Assembly: GCA_963695425.1 (NCBI GenBank)
Contig: CAVOGP010000036.1
Coordinates: 57,689 to 121,688, forward strand
DNA length: 64,000 nt
Direction of reading: 5' to 3'
From: an uncultured Alphaproteobacteria bacterium
GTDB taxonomy: Bacteria > Pseudomonadota > Alphaproteobacteria > Rhodobacterales > Rhodobacteraceae
Under the pieces are notes generated by a model. The model saw only the letters and a program-made list of their open reading frames with translations, did no database searches and was not told where the DNA came from. A program made the translations under genes and the position numbers. The stretch's first letter is position 1, and every line of letters begins with the position of its first letter. Shown piece after piece: positions 10,743 through 19,986 of this stretch.

Positions 10743-12182
10743 ATGCCAAGTCTCACCATCACCACGCTGTCGGGCGATCCGCAGTCAGTGTCCGAAGCCC
10801 GCATCAGCGAACTGGAATCCGACTTGCAAGGCGCGCTGCTGCGACCGGGCAAGCGCCGCTACGAGTCCGCGCGCACAATCTGGAACGCAATGATCGACCG
10901 GCGACCGGCGCTGATCGCGCGGTGCGAGGATGCCGAGGACGTCGCCGTGGCGATCCGCTTCGCCCGCGAAACCGGGGCGCTGATCTCGGTGAAGGGCGGC
11001 GGGCACAACATCGCCGGCAGCGCCGTGGTCGATGGCGGGCTGATGATCGATCTCTCGGCGATGAACGGCGTCGCCGTCGACGCGGCCGCAGCGCGCGTCC
11101 GCGTCGGGCCCGGCGCCACGCTCGCCGAGCTTGACGCGGCCACCGCGGCGCATGGTCTCGTGGTGCCCACCGGCATCAACTCGACAACGGGCATCGCGGG
11201 ACTGACGCTCGGCGGCGGCTTCGGCTGGTTGACGCGCGCATTTGGCCTCACGATCGACAGTTTGATCTCGGCCGAGGTCGTGACTGCCGACGGACGGATC
11301 TTGCGCGCCAGCGCCGATGAGCACCCGGACCTTTTCTGGGCGCTGCGGGGCGGCGGCGGCAACTTCGGCGTTGTCACCGAATTCGAGTTCCGTACCCATG
11401 CGGCTGGCCCCGACCTGCTGTCAGGGCTGATCGTGCTGCCGTTCGACCGCGCGGCAGAGGCGCTGCGGCTTTATCAGACGACGGTCGATACCGCGCCAGA
11501 CGAACTCACGGTCTGGTCGGTTCTGCGCAAGGCGCCACCGCTGCCGTTCCTGCCCGAAGAGGTGCATGGGACCTACGTTGCAATTCTCGCGGTCTGCTAC
11601 GCCGGCGACCCGGCAGAGGGCGCGCGCGTGCTCGAACCGCTCACCTCGATCAAGGATCCGATCGCGGTCGCGGTGGGCGTGCAGCCGTTTACCGCATGGC
11701 AGCAGGCGTTCGATCCGCTGCTGACGCCCGGCGCACGAAACTACTGGAAGTCGCACGACATCCCGAGGCTCGACGACACCGCCATCGCGACCATCACCGA
11801 CCATGCGGGTCGACAGCCGTCCGACGAGACCGAAGTGTTCTTCGGGCATGTCGCGGGAGCGGCGGCGCGAGTGGGTGCGTCGGAAACGGCGTTCTCCAAC
11901 CGGACGCCCCATTTCGTGATGAACCTGCACACGCGCTGGCGTGAGGCCGCGGATGACGCGGACTGCATCGCCTGGGCGCGGGGGTTCTTCGACGCGATGC
12001 GGCCGCATTCGTCGGGCGTCTATGTGAACTTCATGCCCGATGACGATGCCGGTCGGCTGGCCGAGGCCTACGGCCCGAACCTCGCCCGGCTCGCCGAGGT
12101 CAAGGCGGTCTACGACCCCGGGAACATCTTCCGCCGCAACCACAACATCGCTCCGGCGATGCCGGCCCGACGGGCCGGATAG
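10743..12182 (+). CDS. FAD-binding oxidoreductase, FAD_binding_4 + BBE domain (6-hydroxy-D-nicotine oxidase-like)
   Basis: KGGGHN (His for covalent FAD), TGIAGLTLGGGFGW, DLFWALRGGGGNFGVVT, YVNF...YGPNLARLAEVKAVYDPGNIF. Confidence 0.9.
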   Translation: MPSLTITTLSGDPQSVSEARISELESDLQGALLRPGKRRYESARTIWNAMIDRRPALIARCEDAEDVAVAIRFARETGALISVKGGGHNIAGSAVVDGGLMIDLSAMNGVAVDAAAARVRVGPGATLAELDAATAAHGLVVPTGINSTTGIAGLTLGGGFGWLTRAFGLTIDSLISAEVVTADGRILRASADEHPDLFWALRGGGGNFGVVTEFEFRTHAAGPDLLSGLIVLPFDRAAEALRLYQTTVDTAPDELTVWSVLRKAPPLPFLPEEVHGTYVAILAVCYAGDPAEGARVLEPLTSIKDPIAVAVGVQPFTAWQQAFDPLLTPGARNYWKSHDIPRLDDTAIATITDHAGRQPSDETEVFFGHVAGAAARVGASETAFSNRTPHFVMNLHTRWREAADDADCIAWARGFFDAMRPHSSGVYVNFMPDDDAGRLAEAYGPNLARLAEVKAVYDPGNIFRRNHNIAPAMPARRAG

Positions 12183-12241
12183 GGCCTGCGCGGACGGCCT
12201 GCGACGGTCGTCCGCGCCCACCACACTTCAGGAGACACGCT

Positions 12242-13705
12242 ATGTCCGCCATTTCGGGCACTCGACCGGTCTTTGCGCTGCCCAACGTTCCGCGCTGGGC
12301 GCGCCTGCATGTTCTGAGGGTGCGGATCGAGAGCGGCCACCTCGTCACGATGGCCTCGACCGTCGCGCTGCTCGGCCTGCTCAACATGGCTCTCGGGCTC
12401 ACCGACATGGTGATGGTGGGGCGTTTCGATCCGCAGGGTCTCGCGGCGATCCTGGTGATGGGCGATTTCTACTCGATCGTGTTCAACTTCACGGCCGGTT
12501 TCGCCGGGCTGGTCGCGCCGCATGTCGCCATTGCGATCGGCGCGCGACTGCCGTGGCAGGTCTGCACCATCGTTCAGCGCGTCGTCGTGCTGGTGGCAGC
12601 GCTGGCACTTCTCGGCATGGTGCTGATCTGGAACGCCGCGGCGATCCTCGAATCCGCCGGCGTCCAGCTCGACCAGCCGCAGATCACGCGCGACTACGCG
12701 CGCTACATGGCCGGCGCCTACGCGTTCATGGTGCTGTTCGCCTTCAGCCGGCACGCGCTCAGCGCGGTCGCGCGGTCGAACTTTGCCATCGGCGCCATCG
12801 TGCTTGCGCTGCCGCTCAATGTGCTTGCCAACCACGCCTTCATGGGCGGCGCTTTCGGCTGGCCGGGGATGGGTGTCGCCGGCGCCGGTCTCGCCTCGCT
12901 CGTCGTGGCTCTGGGCATGGGCGGCGCGGTCACGGCGTTCCTGTTCCTGTCGCCGTCCTTCGACCGATACCGCGCGCCCGACATGCCACCGGTCTTCGTC
13001 TTGCCCGAACTAATGGCCCTGGTGCGGCCCGGCGCTCTCATGGGCTTTGCGGCGATCGCCGAGACCGGCCCATTCCTCGGTGCCACGGTCCTCGTCGGCA
13101 TTGTCGCTGCCGACGACCTGATCGCCCATGGGCTCGCCTTCCGCGCGATGGCGGTCTGCTACCTGCTGCTGGCCGGCCTCGGCCAGGCCGTGACGCTGCG
13201 CATCGCCTATCTGCGTGGCCGGTCCGCCTTGCGCCGCGAGGCGCACGCGCTGCACATGGCGGCCGCTTTGGGCCTCGCGCTCATCGCCGGCATCCTAACG
13301 CTGTTTGTCTTCTATCCGGACGCCATTGCGATGGCGGCGGCGCATGGCGTCGGCGGCGTCGACGCCGCGCTTGTCGCCGAAACCGCCAACCTGCTGCCGC
13401 TGACTGGTCTGGCGCTCGCCGCCGCGGTGCCGGCCCATCTCGTCTGTGCCGTCCTGCGCGCACGGGGACAGGCGCTTGCCGCGCTCGTCGTCTTCGTGAT
13501 CGGGCACGGCGGCGTCGGCCTTCTGTCGATGACGGTTCTCGGCATGGTCGGGTTCGGGGCGGCGGGGATCTGGAGCGGCCTCGCGCTCGGCGCTACAGTC
13601 GGTTCGGCTTGGGGCCTCTGGCATCTCCGACCCCGCCGCGCCCTTGCCGATGGCGTTTTCGCCGGGAGAAGCATAAAGTTTATATTGAGAAAGGGCGCGT
13701 CATGA
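12242..13705 (+). CDS. MATE-family efflux transporter
   Basis: NMALGLTDMVMVGRF, FGWPGMGVAGAGLAS, many TM helices, GAAGIWSGL. Confidence 0.85.
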   Translation: MSAISGTRPVFALPNVPRWARLHVLRVRIESGHLVTMASTVALLGLLNMALGLTDMVMVGRFDPQGLAAILVMGDFYSIVFNFTAGFAGLVAPHVAIAIGARLPWQVCTIVQRVVVLVAALALLGMVLIWNAAAILESAGVQLDQPQITRDYARYMAGAYAFMVLFAFSRHALSAVARSNFAIGAIVLALPLNVLANHAFMGGAFGWPGMGVAGAGLASLVVALGMGGAVTAFLFLSPSFDRYRAPDMPPVFVLPELMALVRPGALMGFAAIAETGPFLGATVLVGIVAADDLIAHGLAFRAMAVCYLLLAGLGQAVTLRIAYLRGRSALRREAHALHMAAALGLALIAGILTLFVFYPDAIAMAAAHGVGGVDAALVAETANLLPLTGLALAAAVPAHLVCAVLRARGQALAALVVFVIGHGGVGLLSMTVLGMVGFGAAGIWSGLALGATVGSAWGLWHLRPRRALADGVFAGRSIKFILRKGAS

Positions 13706-14394
13706 CCGCGAGAGAGACCACCAGCTACGGCCAGTTCTGCCCGATCGCCATGGCGTCCGAGTTGCTCTGTCGTCGCTGGACCACGCTGATCCTGCGCGAG
13801 ATGCTCTGCGGCAGTACCCAGTTCAACGACCTGCGCCGCGGCCTGCCGCGGATGTCGCCCGCGCTCCTGTCGACGCGGCTGCGTGAGCTTGCCGAAGCCG
13901 GCCTGATAGAGCGCCGCGGGGCCGAGGGAGCGACCTCCTATCATCTGACTCCGGCGGGCGAGGCGCTGCGGCCAGTGATCGTCGGCATCGGCGAATGGGG
14001 ACACCGCTGGATCGAGAGCTCGGCCTCGCTCGCAAACCTCGACCCATCGCTTCTGATGTGGGACATCCGTCGCAACCTGCGCCCGGAGCCAATGCCGACA
14101 ACACGCGCGGTTGTTCAATTTCTCTACAGGAGCCTCCCCGCCGGAAAGAACAAGTGGTGGCTTATCGTGGACTCGGGCGAGGTCGATCTCTGCTACTCGG
14201 ACCCGGGGTTCGATGTCGATCTCTATGTCGCCACCGACCTGCGCACGATGACCGCGATCTGGATGGGCTTCGCGTCGATCCAGAGTGAAATTGAAGCCAG
14301 GCGCGTGTTCCTCGAAGGCGACGACCGGCTTGCCGCAACAGTGAGCCTGTGGCTCGGCTACAGCCCCTTTGCCGCGGTCGCGGGGAGCAGATGA
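13702..14394 (+). CDS. HxlR-family winged-helix regulator with C-terminal SCP2-like domain
   Basis: YGQFCPIAMASELLCRRWTTLILREML...FNDLRRGLPRMSPALLSTRLREL; C-terminal VDLCYSDPGFDVDL; ATGA overlap with MATE. Confidence 0.9.
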   Translation: MTARETTSYGQFCPIAMASELLCRRWTTLILREMLCGSTQFNDLRRGLPRMSPALLSTRLRELAEAGLIERRGAEGATSYHLTPAGEALRPVIVGIGEWGHRWIESSASLANLDPSLLMWDIRRNLRPEPMPTTRAVVQFLYRSLPAGKNKWWLIVDSGEVDLCYSDPGFDVDLYVATDLRTMTAIWMGFASIQSEIEARRVFLEGDDRLAATVSLWLGYSPFAAVAGSR

Positions 14395-14399
14395 TTGCT

Positions 14400-14716
14400 G
14401 TGCGGTGAGATCAAGGCGGGTATCGCTGCGCGGGCCGCGATCCGGACGCTCTCGATCTGGCCGCGCAGCATTCCCCTGCGAGAGAGCCCCGGGAGAAAGC
14501 TGATCTGGAGGCAGCCCATGATCTCGCCATCCGTCTCTGCGACCGACAGGAATTCGCTCCCATCCCGGGCAATCTCCTCGAACGCCGCACCGTAGTCCGG
14601 GTGAACCGTTTTGCCGACGACCTCGCGTTTGCTGCCCAGCGGATCGTCGGCGAGCAGGGGGACAATGGCGGCAAGGTCCGGCTACGCCGTGTTGGTCATC
14701 GTGCGGCGCTCCATGA
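14400..14716 (-). pseudogene. GNAT acetyltransferase fragment
   Basis: Manual translation DLAAIVPLLADDPLGSKRE...GEIMGCLQISFLPGLSRRGMLRGQIESVRIA, with an internal stop and truncation. Confidence 0.65.
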
Positions 14717-14866
14717 CTATTTTGGTCTCAGGCGTCATCATCTGGCGCTGGCGCCGCCGCTGCGCCGGCGAGGATGCCGCCATCGATCGTGATCTCTGTT
14801 CCCGTCCTTCTCAAGCACATCCGTCATCACAGTCTGCCACTCCGGCTCGTCGCGGAAAACGAGGCG

Positions 14867-15037
14867 TCACGATCGGGCATTCGACCCTAGCTTGCCGGCA
14901 AGCGCATCGCAGGCTGCGCTGTCGATATCCGTGATCCAGACGACCGCGCCCTCGGCGACGAAGGCCTCGGCGATCGCCGCGCCGATCCCGCGGGCCGCCC
15001 CGGTCACCAGCGCAACCTTTCCGCTCAGTCTCTGCAT
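14867..15037 (-). pseudogene. SDR N-terminal fragment (56 aa)
   Basis: [31 protein letters not shown] followed by an early stop; good RBS. Confidence 0.75.
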
Positions 15038-15067
15038 CCGTTTCTCCCTCCCGCTGCAGGGCGCCGG

Positions 15068-15305
15068 TCAGCCGCCGCCGCGCCTCTCGATGATCTCGTA
15101 GTGCGCCGACAACTCGCCCCAGCGCTTGAGAACGGCGCGCGGCGCGTCCGGGACATAGCACTGGTTGTAGTCCTCCCCCTGGAAGGCGATGACGTCGTCG
15201 ATGCTTTCGAAGGTCATGATCGTGACGAACTCGACCTCGTCGGGCAGCTCGCGCCTGAGCAGCGTGATCCCGCGATAGCCCTTGATGCCCTTCGCCTCGA
15301 TGGAT
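15068..15305 (-). pseudogene. C-terminal part of an antibiotic-biosynthesis-monooxygenase-like protein
   Basis: IEAKGIKGYRGITLLRRELPDEVEFVTIMTFESIDDVIAFQGEDYNQCYVPDAARAVLKRW. Confidence 0.6.
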
Positions 15306-15711
15306 CCCAGGAGATCGCGATGTCGGTGCGAAGCGAGGCGAGATCGATGCCGCGTTCGGCCGCGCTGACCGTGACCACCGCGTTGATGCAGCCTGCGAGC
15401 GCCGCGAGCGCAACCTCGGTCTCCTGCTCGCGGTCGGTCGGGTCGACGAAGCCGAGCGCCTCCTCGACCTCGCGGTGCGCGCCGAAATGGTAGCTGTACT
15501 GCCGCGCGATCCGGTCGATGCGCTGTCCGCCGAGCGTGTAGGCCCCGGTCTTGGCATGGGTGTGGACGGCGCGGCCCTCGGCGGTGCCGCTGGCCTCGAG
15601 GCCGAAAATCACGGACTGCGGGTTCTCGGCGGCGAAGGCGCGGAAGGTGCGGAACTTCTCGATGTCGAGACCCTGACGGATCTCCGCGGTCTGGAGTTGT
15701 TGTTCAGGCAT
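15306..15711 (-). pseudogene. OsmC-family protein, 3'-truncated by deletion into the downstream gene
   Basis: ETEVALAALAGCINAVVTVSAAERGIDLASL...ISWDP, then an abrupt switch of sequence. Confidence 0.7.
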
Positions 15712-15783
15712 GGGTTCTTTCCTTGGTGTTGATCGCCGCCACATCGACGGCAGGCGCACCATCGTTCTTGTCCCCCGCTGTCA

Positions 15784-15821
15784 TAAGCGGCAGACTGGCG
15801 CAGACCGGTTCATTTCTGCCA
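15784..15821 (-). promoter_or_regulatory. Putative GlxA/AraC tandem operator 1
   Basis: Reverse complement matches 18501-18538 at 28 of 38 positions (manual count). Confidence 0.6.
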
Positions 15822-15831
15822 GAGACTGCGC

Positions 15832-16878
15832 ATGGCCCAGCCAAGATCAGACCTGCAGGTCAGCCTATTGGCGATTCCCGACACCTTCATGTCCTGCCTG
15901 TCGGGCCTTCTCGACACCCTGACCGTCGCGCGGGACGTCGCCGACGGCCCGATTCCCTTCGAGCTCGAGATCGTGGCAAGCCGCCCCCGGGTCGAGATCG
16001 GACGCACCCGCATGCCGGTCATGGCGCACCGGACGCTCGATGCCATCGACCGAACCGACATCATCATCATCCCCGCCTCGGTGATGGATGGGGAGACATG
16101 GATGACCGGGCGCTACCCCGAGGAGGTGCGGTGGCTGAAGGCGATGCACGCGCGGGGGGCAATCGTCTGTTCGGCCTGCTCGGGCGCCCTGCTGCTGGCC
16201 GAGACGGGATTGCTCGACGGCCAGGACGTGACCACTCACTGGACGCTCGAGCGCACCTTCCGCGAGAACTTCCCCGAGGTGCGCCTGCGACTCGAGCGGG
16301 CGCTCGTGATCAGCCCCGACGGGACCCTTGTCATGTCGGGGGCGTCGACCGCCTGGCACGACCTTGCGCTCTACCTCGTGTCGCGGTTCAGCGGACCGGC
16401 GACGGCGCGGTCGAAGGCGAAGTTCTTCATGCTGCAGTGGCACGCCGAGGGCCAGACCCCCTACATCCCGTTCGAGGAGCCGACCGGCCATGGCGACCGC
16501 GCCGTCATGGCCGCCCAGACATGGCTGCAGGGGCACTGGTCGGACCCGAGCCCGGTCGAGGTGATGATCGCGCGCTCGGGGCTCTCGACCCGGAACTTCG
16601 CCCGCAGGTTCCAGAAGGCGACGGGACACGCGCCGCTCGCCTATGTCCAGAACTTGCGGATCGAGCGTGCGAAGCAGATGCTGGAGGCTGGCACCGAGCC
16701 AATCGACGAGATCAGCGCGGCGGTCGGCTATGAGGACCCGTCCTTCTTCCGAAGGATCTTCAAGCGAACGGTCGGCCTTCGGCCGGGCGACTACCGACGG
16801 AAGTTTGCATCCAGCCGGCAGCCGGGCGACGCCTCGGATCCGCACCGCGAGACGGAGGACGCATGTTCAGCCATGTGA
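15832..16878 (+). CDS. GlxA-family regulator (DJ-1/PfpI + AraC HTH)
   Basis: CSACSGALLLAETGLLDG..TTHW; C-terminal STRNFARRFQKATG...VGYEDPSFFRRIFKR. Confidence 0.92.
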   Translation: MAQPRSDLQVSLLAIPDTFMSCLSGLLDTLTVARDVADGPIPFELEIVASRPRVEIGRTRMPVMAHRTLDAIDRTDIIIIPASVMDGETWMTGRYPEEVRWLKAMHARGAIVCSACSGALLLAETGLLDGQDVTTHWTLERTFRENFPEVRLRLERALVISPDGTLVMSGASTAWHDLALYLVSRFSGPATARSKAKFFMLQWHAEGQTPYIPFEEPTGHGDRAVMAAQTWLQGHWSDPSPVEVMIARSGLSTRNFARRFQKATGHAPLAYVQNLRIERAKQMLEAGTEPIDEISAAVGYEDPSFFRRIFKRTVGLRPGDYRRKFASSRQPGDASDPHRETEDACSAM

Positions 16879-17279
16879 CCGTGGGCTGTGCCGATCTTGA
16901 GCGGGCCGCGGCGTTCTACGACGCCATCCTCGCGCCGATCGGTTTGGTGCGCAGGGCCGTCACACCGGATGGAGGGCCGGCAGCTGCTTGCTGGATCGTT
17001 CCGGACCAGCCGCTGCCGCGCTTCTACGTCTACATCCCGTTCGATGGAAACGCTGCGAGCGCGGGCAACGGCAGCATGGTTGCCTTCGCGGCACCTTCAT
17101 CCGCCGCCGTCGACGCGGCCCACGCTGCAGGGCTCGAACGCGGCGGAACCGACTACGGCGCCCCGGGTCCGAGAGACCGCTACGGAGCGGGTTACTATGC
17201 CGGGTACCTGCACGACCCGGACGGGAACAAGGTTCAGGTCGTTCATCGTGGAGATGTGTCGGTGGAGGCAGATGGTTGA
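16863..17279 (+). CDS. VOC/glyoxalase family protein
   Basis: MFSHVTVGCADLERAAAFYD, GNGSMVAF, YYAGYLHDPDGNK. Confidence 0.88.
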   Translation: MFSHVTVGCADLERAAAFYDAILAPIGLVRRAVTPDGGPAAACWIVPDQPLPRFYVYIPFDGNAASAGNGSMVAFAAPSSAAVDAAHAAGLERGGTDYGAPGPRDRYGAGYYAGYLHDPDGNKVQVVHRGDVSVEADG

Positions 17280-17468
17280 TACAACCTTCGGGAACTGCGC
17301 AGTCCGCCCAATAGACTCGTAGCCACCGCATTGACCCTGACGCAGAGCTAGCTCGGCGATGAAATCGTCGGTTGCGACGCCAGCGATTGAAAGATTGCGC
17401 TGTGTCCCTCAGACGAATTTGACGCCGAACAGAGTTTCTTCGTCAGCGAAATGCAACGGACATCTGCG

Positions 17469-18491
17469 TCAGCGGTCGCCAGCCGGATCCGCGATCCTGG
17501 CGAAGCGCTGGCGGTAGCGCGCCGGCGTCACGCCGACCATCCGCTTAAAGAGGCGGCGGAACGAGTTCGGGTCCTCGTAGCCAACGTCGAACGCGATCGC
17601 ATCCACCGGCGACTTCCCCGTCTCGAGAAGCTGCTTCGCTTCCTCGATCCTGAGCGTCTGCACGTAGTCGATCGGGGCATATCCCGTCGCTGCCCTGAAG
17701 CGGCGCGTGAACGTCCGGGTCGACAAGCCTGAGCGGGCCGTCATCAAAGCCACGGGATTCTCCCCGTAATAGTTGTCTGCAAGCCATGTCTGCACGTCTG
17801 CGATCACCGCATCGTCGTGACGTTGCGGCCTCCGCGCGCCGGCGAACGGCAGTTGCCCCTCGCTGTGGTCGCCGAGCAGGAAGATCTTCGCGGCCCGTAC
17901 CGCCTCGCTCCCGCTCGAAAAACGCGCGACCAGGTGCAGCGCCAGGTCGGCCCACGCCGACGACCCGCCGCCGGTCACGATCCGCCCGCCCTCGCCCGAG
18001 GGCGTCAGGATGCGCTGGGGCGCCAGCTCGACCTCGGGATAGTGCCGCCTCATCAAATCCACGATCGCCCAGTGTGTGGTCACGGTGTGGCCGTCGAGCA
18101 ACCCAGCCTCGGCGAGCATCACCGTCCCGGTGCAGACCGAGCAGATCATCGCCCCGGCGGCATGGCGCTCACGCAGCCATCCGGCCTCGACCGGCCATTG
18201 CCCCCGCGGGTCCCAATCGGGTGGAAAGGCGAGGTCGGAGACGATCACGACGTCAGCGTCGCCCAACCCCTCGTGCGGCGTGATTGGTACGCCGTAGCGG
18301 CTCGCCGGCGGCACGCCGTCTCTGGCGACGATGCGCGGTCGGATGCGCCCGCCGGTCGGCTTCTCCCCGGTCAGGAGCTCCCAGTCCCGGCCGACCGAGA
18401 GGAACACTTCATAGAGACCATAGATCGAGGCCGGAGTGCTCTCCGGCAGCACCAGCAGTGCAAAGGTGGGCTCTGGCGTCTTGGCGATCAT
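17469..18491 (-). CDS. GlxA-family regulator, second paralogue
   Basis: CSVCTGTVMLAEAGLLDG..TTHW; STRTFTRRFRAATG...VGYEDPNSFRRLFKR; start MIAKTPEP. Confidence 0.92.
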   Translation of the reverse strand: MIAKTPEPTFALLVLPESTPASIYGLYEVFLSVGRDWELLTGEKPTGGRIRPRIVARDGVPPASRYGVPITPHEGLGDADVVIVSDLAFPPDWDPRGQWPVEAGWLRERHAAGAMICSVCTGTVMLAEAGLLDGHTVTTHWAIVDLMRRHYPEVELAPQRILTPSGEGGRIVTGGGSSAWADLALHLVARFSSGSEAVRAAKIFLLGDHSEGQLPFAGARRPQRHDDAVIADVQTWLADNYYGENPVALMTARSGLSTRTFTRRFRAATGYAPIDYVQTLRIEEAKQLLETGKSPVDAIAFDVGYEDPNSFRRLFKRMVGVTPARYRQRFARIADPAGDR

Positions 18492-18500
18492 GGTGCAGCC

Positions 18501-18538
18501 TGGCCGATCTGACCCGTTCTCGGCCGGACTGCCCCTTA
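18501..18538 (+). promoter_or_regulatory. Putative GlxA/AraC tandem operator 2
   Basis: TGGCCGATCTGACCC and CGGCCGGACTGCCCC repeat at 20-bp spacing (11 of 15 identical). Confidence 0.6.
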
Positions 18539-18596
18539 GTAGCACATGAGTTTCGGAATAATCCAGCGGAGCAACACAGACAGCCTGGAGCGAGAC

Positions 18597-19679
18597 ATGA
18601 CACAGCACATCAAGACGACCGATTTCGACACCGGCAAGGCCGACGCCTTTCTCGACCGCGTCGCGGGGCTGATCAACGACGGCGCGGTCGCCGTGATGGT
18701 CGGGATCGGCCACCGCACCGGCCTTTTCGACACGATGTCGGGACTGCCGCCGGCAACGAGCGCCGAGATCGCCGAGGAGGCGGCACTCGCCGAGCGCTAT
18801 GTCCGCGAGTGGCTGGCGGTGATGGTCACCGCGCGCATCGTCGCCTTCGACCCCGAGCGGGGCACATACAGCCTGCCCGCCGAGCATGCCGCAAGCCTCA
18901 CCCGCGGCGCATCGCTCGGCAACTTCGCGGTCTATGCCCAGCATGTCGGTCTGCTCGGCCAGATGCAGGACCGGCTGCTTGCCTGCTTCGCGACCGGCGA
19001 AGGGATGAGCTACGGCGACTACCCCTGTTTTCACCACATCATGGCCGAGGACAGCGCGATGACGGTCACGGCCGGTCTCTTCGAGCACGTCCTGCCGCTG
19101 GTGCCAGACCTCGACGCGCGGCTCGAGGCGGGAATCGATGTGATGGACGCCGGCTGCGGTCAAGGCTCGGCGCTAATCGCACTGGCCGAACACTATCCGC
19201 GCAGCCGGTTCACCGGCTACGACCTGAGCGAGGAGGCCATCGCCCATGCCGCAGAAGTCGCCCGCCGCGCCGGGCTCGCGAACCTGCGCTTCGAGGTGCG
19301 CGACCTGACCGGCTACGACGAGCGCGCGCGGTTCGACTTCATCACTTCCTTCGACGCGGTCCACGACCAGAAGGATCCAGCGGGACTGATCCGCGGCCTT
19401 CACGGCGCGCTGAAGCCGGGCGGCGTCTACCTGATGCAGGACATCGGCGGCTCGGCTCGGCTCGAGAACAACCTCGATTTCCCGATGGCCTCGTTCCTCT
19501 ACGCGATCTCCTGCGCGCATTGCACGCCGGTGTCGCTCGGCCAGGGCGGCGAGGGGCTCGGCACGATGTGGGGCTGGGAGACCGCCGAGGCCATGCTGAG
19601 CGACGCGGGCTTCGCCGAGGTCGACCGGCATGTGCTCCCGCACGACCCGATGAACGTCTGGTTCGTCGCCCGGCAGTGA
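18597..19679 (+). CDS. Class I SAM-dependent methyltransferase with N-terminal wHTH (Rv2258c-like)
   Basis: GHRTGLFDTM, ERYVREWL, VMDAGCGQG, FDAVHDQ, LKPGGVYL, EGLGTMWG. Confidence 0.9.
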   Translation: MTQHIKTTDFDTGKADAFLDRVAGLINDGAVAVMVGIGHRTGLFDTMSGLPPATSAEIAEEAALAERYVREWLAVMVTARIVAFDPERGTYSLPAEHAASLTRGASLGNFAVYAQHVGLLGQMQDRLLACFATGEGMSYGDYPCFHHIMAEDSAMTVTAGLFEHVLPLVPDLDARLEAGIDVMDAGCGQGSALIALAEHYPRSRFTGYDLSEEAIAHAAEVARRAGLANLRFEVRDLTGYDERARFDFITSFDAVHDQKDPAGLIRGLHGALKPGGVYLMQDIGGSARLENNLDFPMASFLYAISCAHCTPVSLGQGGEGLGTMWGWETAEAMLSDAGFAEVDRHVLPHDPMNVWFVARQ

Positions 19680-19751
19680 CCATGGACCGGTCGCCCTGAG
19701 GCGGTCGGCCGCGGCGCCGGAACACGGCGCAAGAACCAAGGAAGCTCGAAG

Positions 19752-19943
19752 ATGACACATGAAACCGGATCTCATCCGGGGCCGGACGGCCCCGGACTGC
19801 CCGCGCGCTTGCTGCGGCAGCTTTGGACGCGACCCCGGACGCGGCGCCCGCGCCCCATCGGCGGCCTGTCGCACCTGAGCGACCATCAGCTGCGGGACAT
19901 CGGCATCAGCCGGGATCGTTCCCGAGATCGATCGCAACCATGA
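19752..19943 (+). CDS. DUF1127 small protein
   Basis: LSHLSDHQLRDIGISR; sits between two co-oriented genes. Confidence 0.7.
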   Translation: MTHETGSHPGPDGPGLPARLLRQLWTRPRTRRPRPIGGLSHLSDHQLRDIGISRDRSRDRSQP

Positions 19944-19986
19944 AGGCGGATCCCGCCTCGCCACACACTTTCCTAGGAGACCTGAG

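Noticed and set aside
12040-14394. 784-aa ORF suggesting a large HxlR fusion
   Set aside because: The upstream part is an off-frame read-through of the MATE gene; HxlR homology starts at the ATG at 13702
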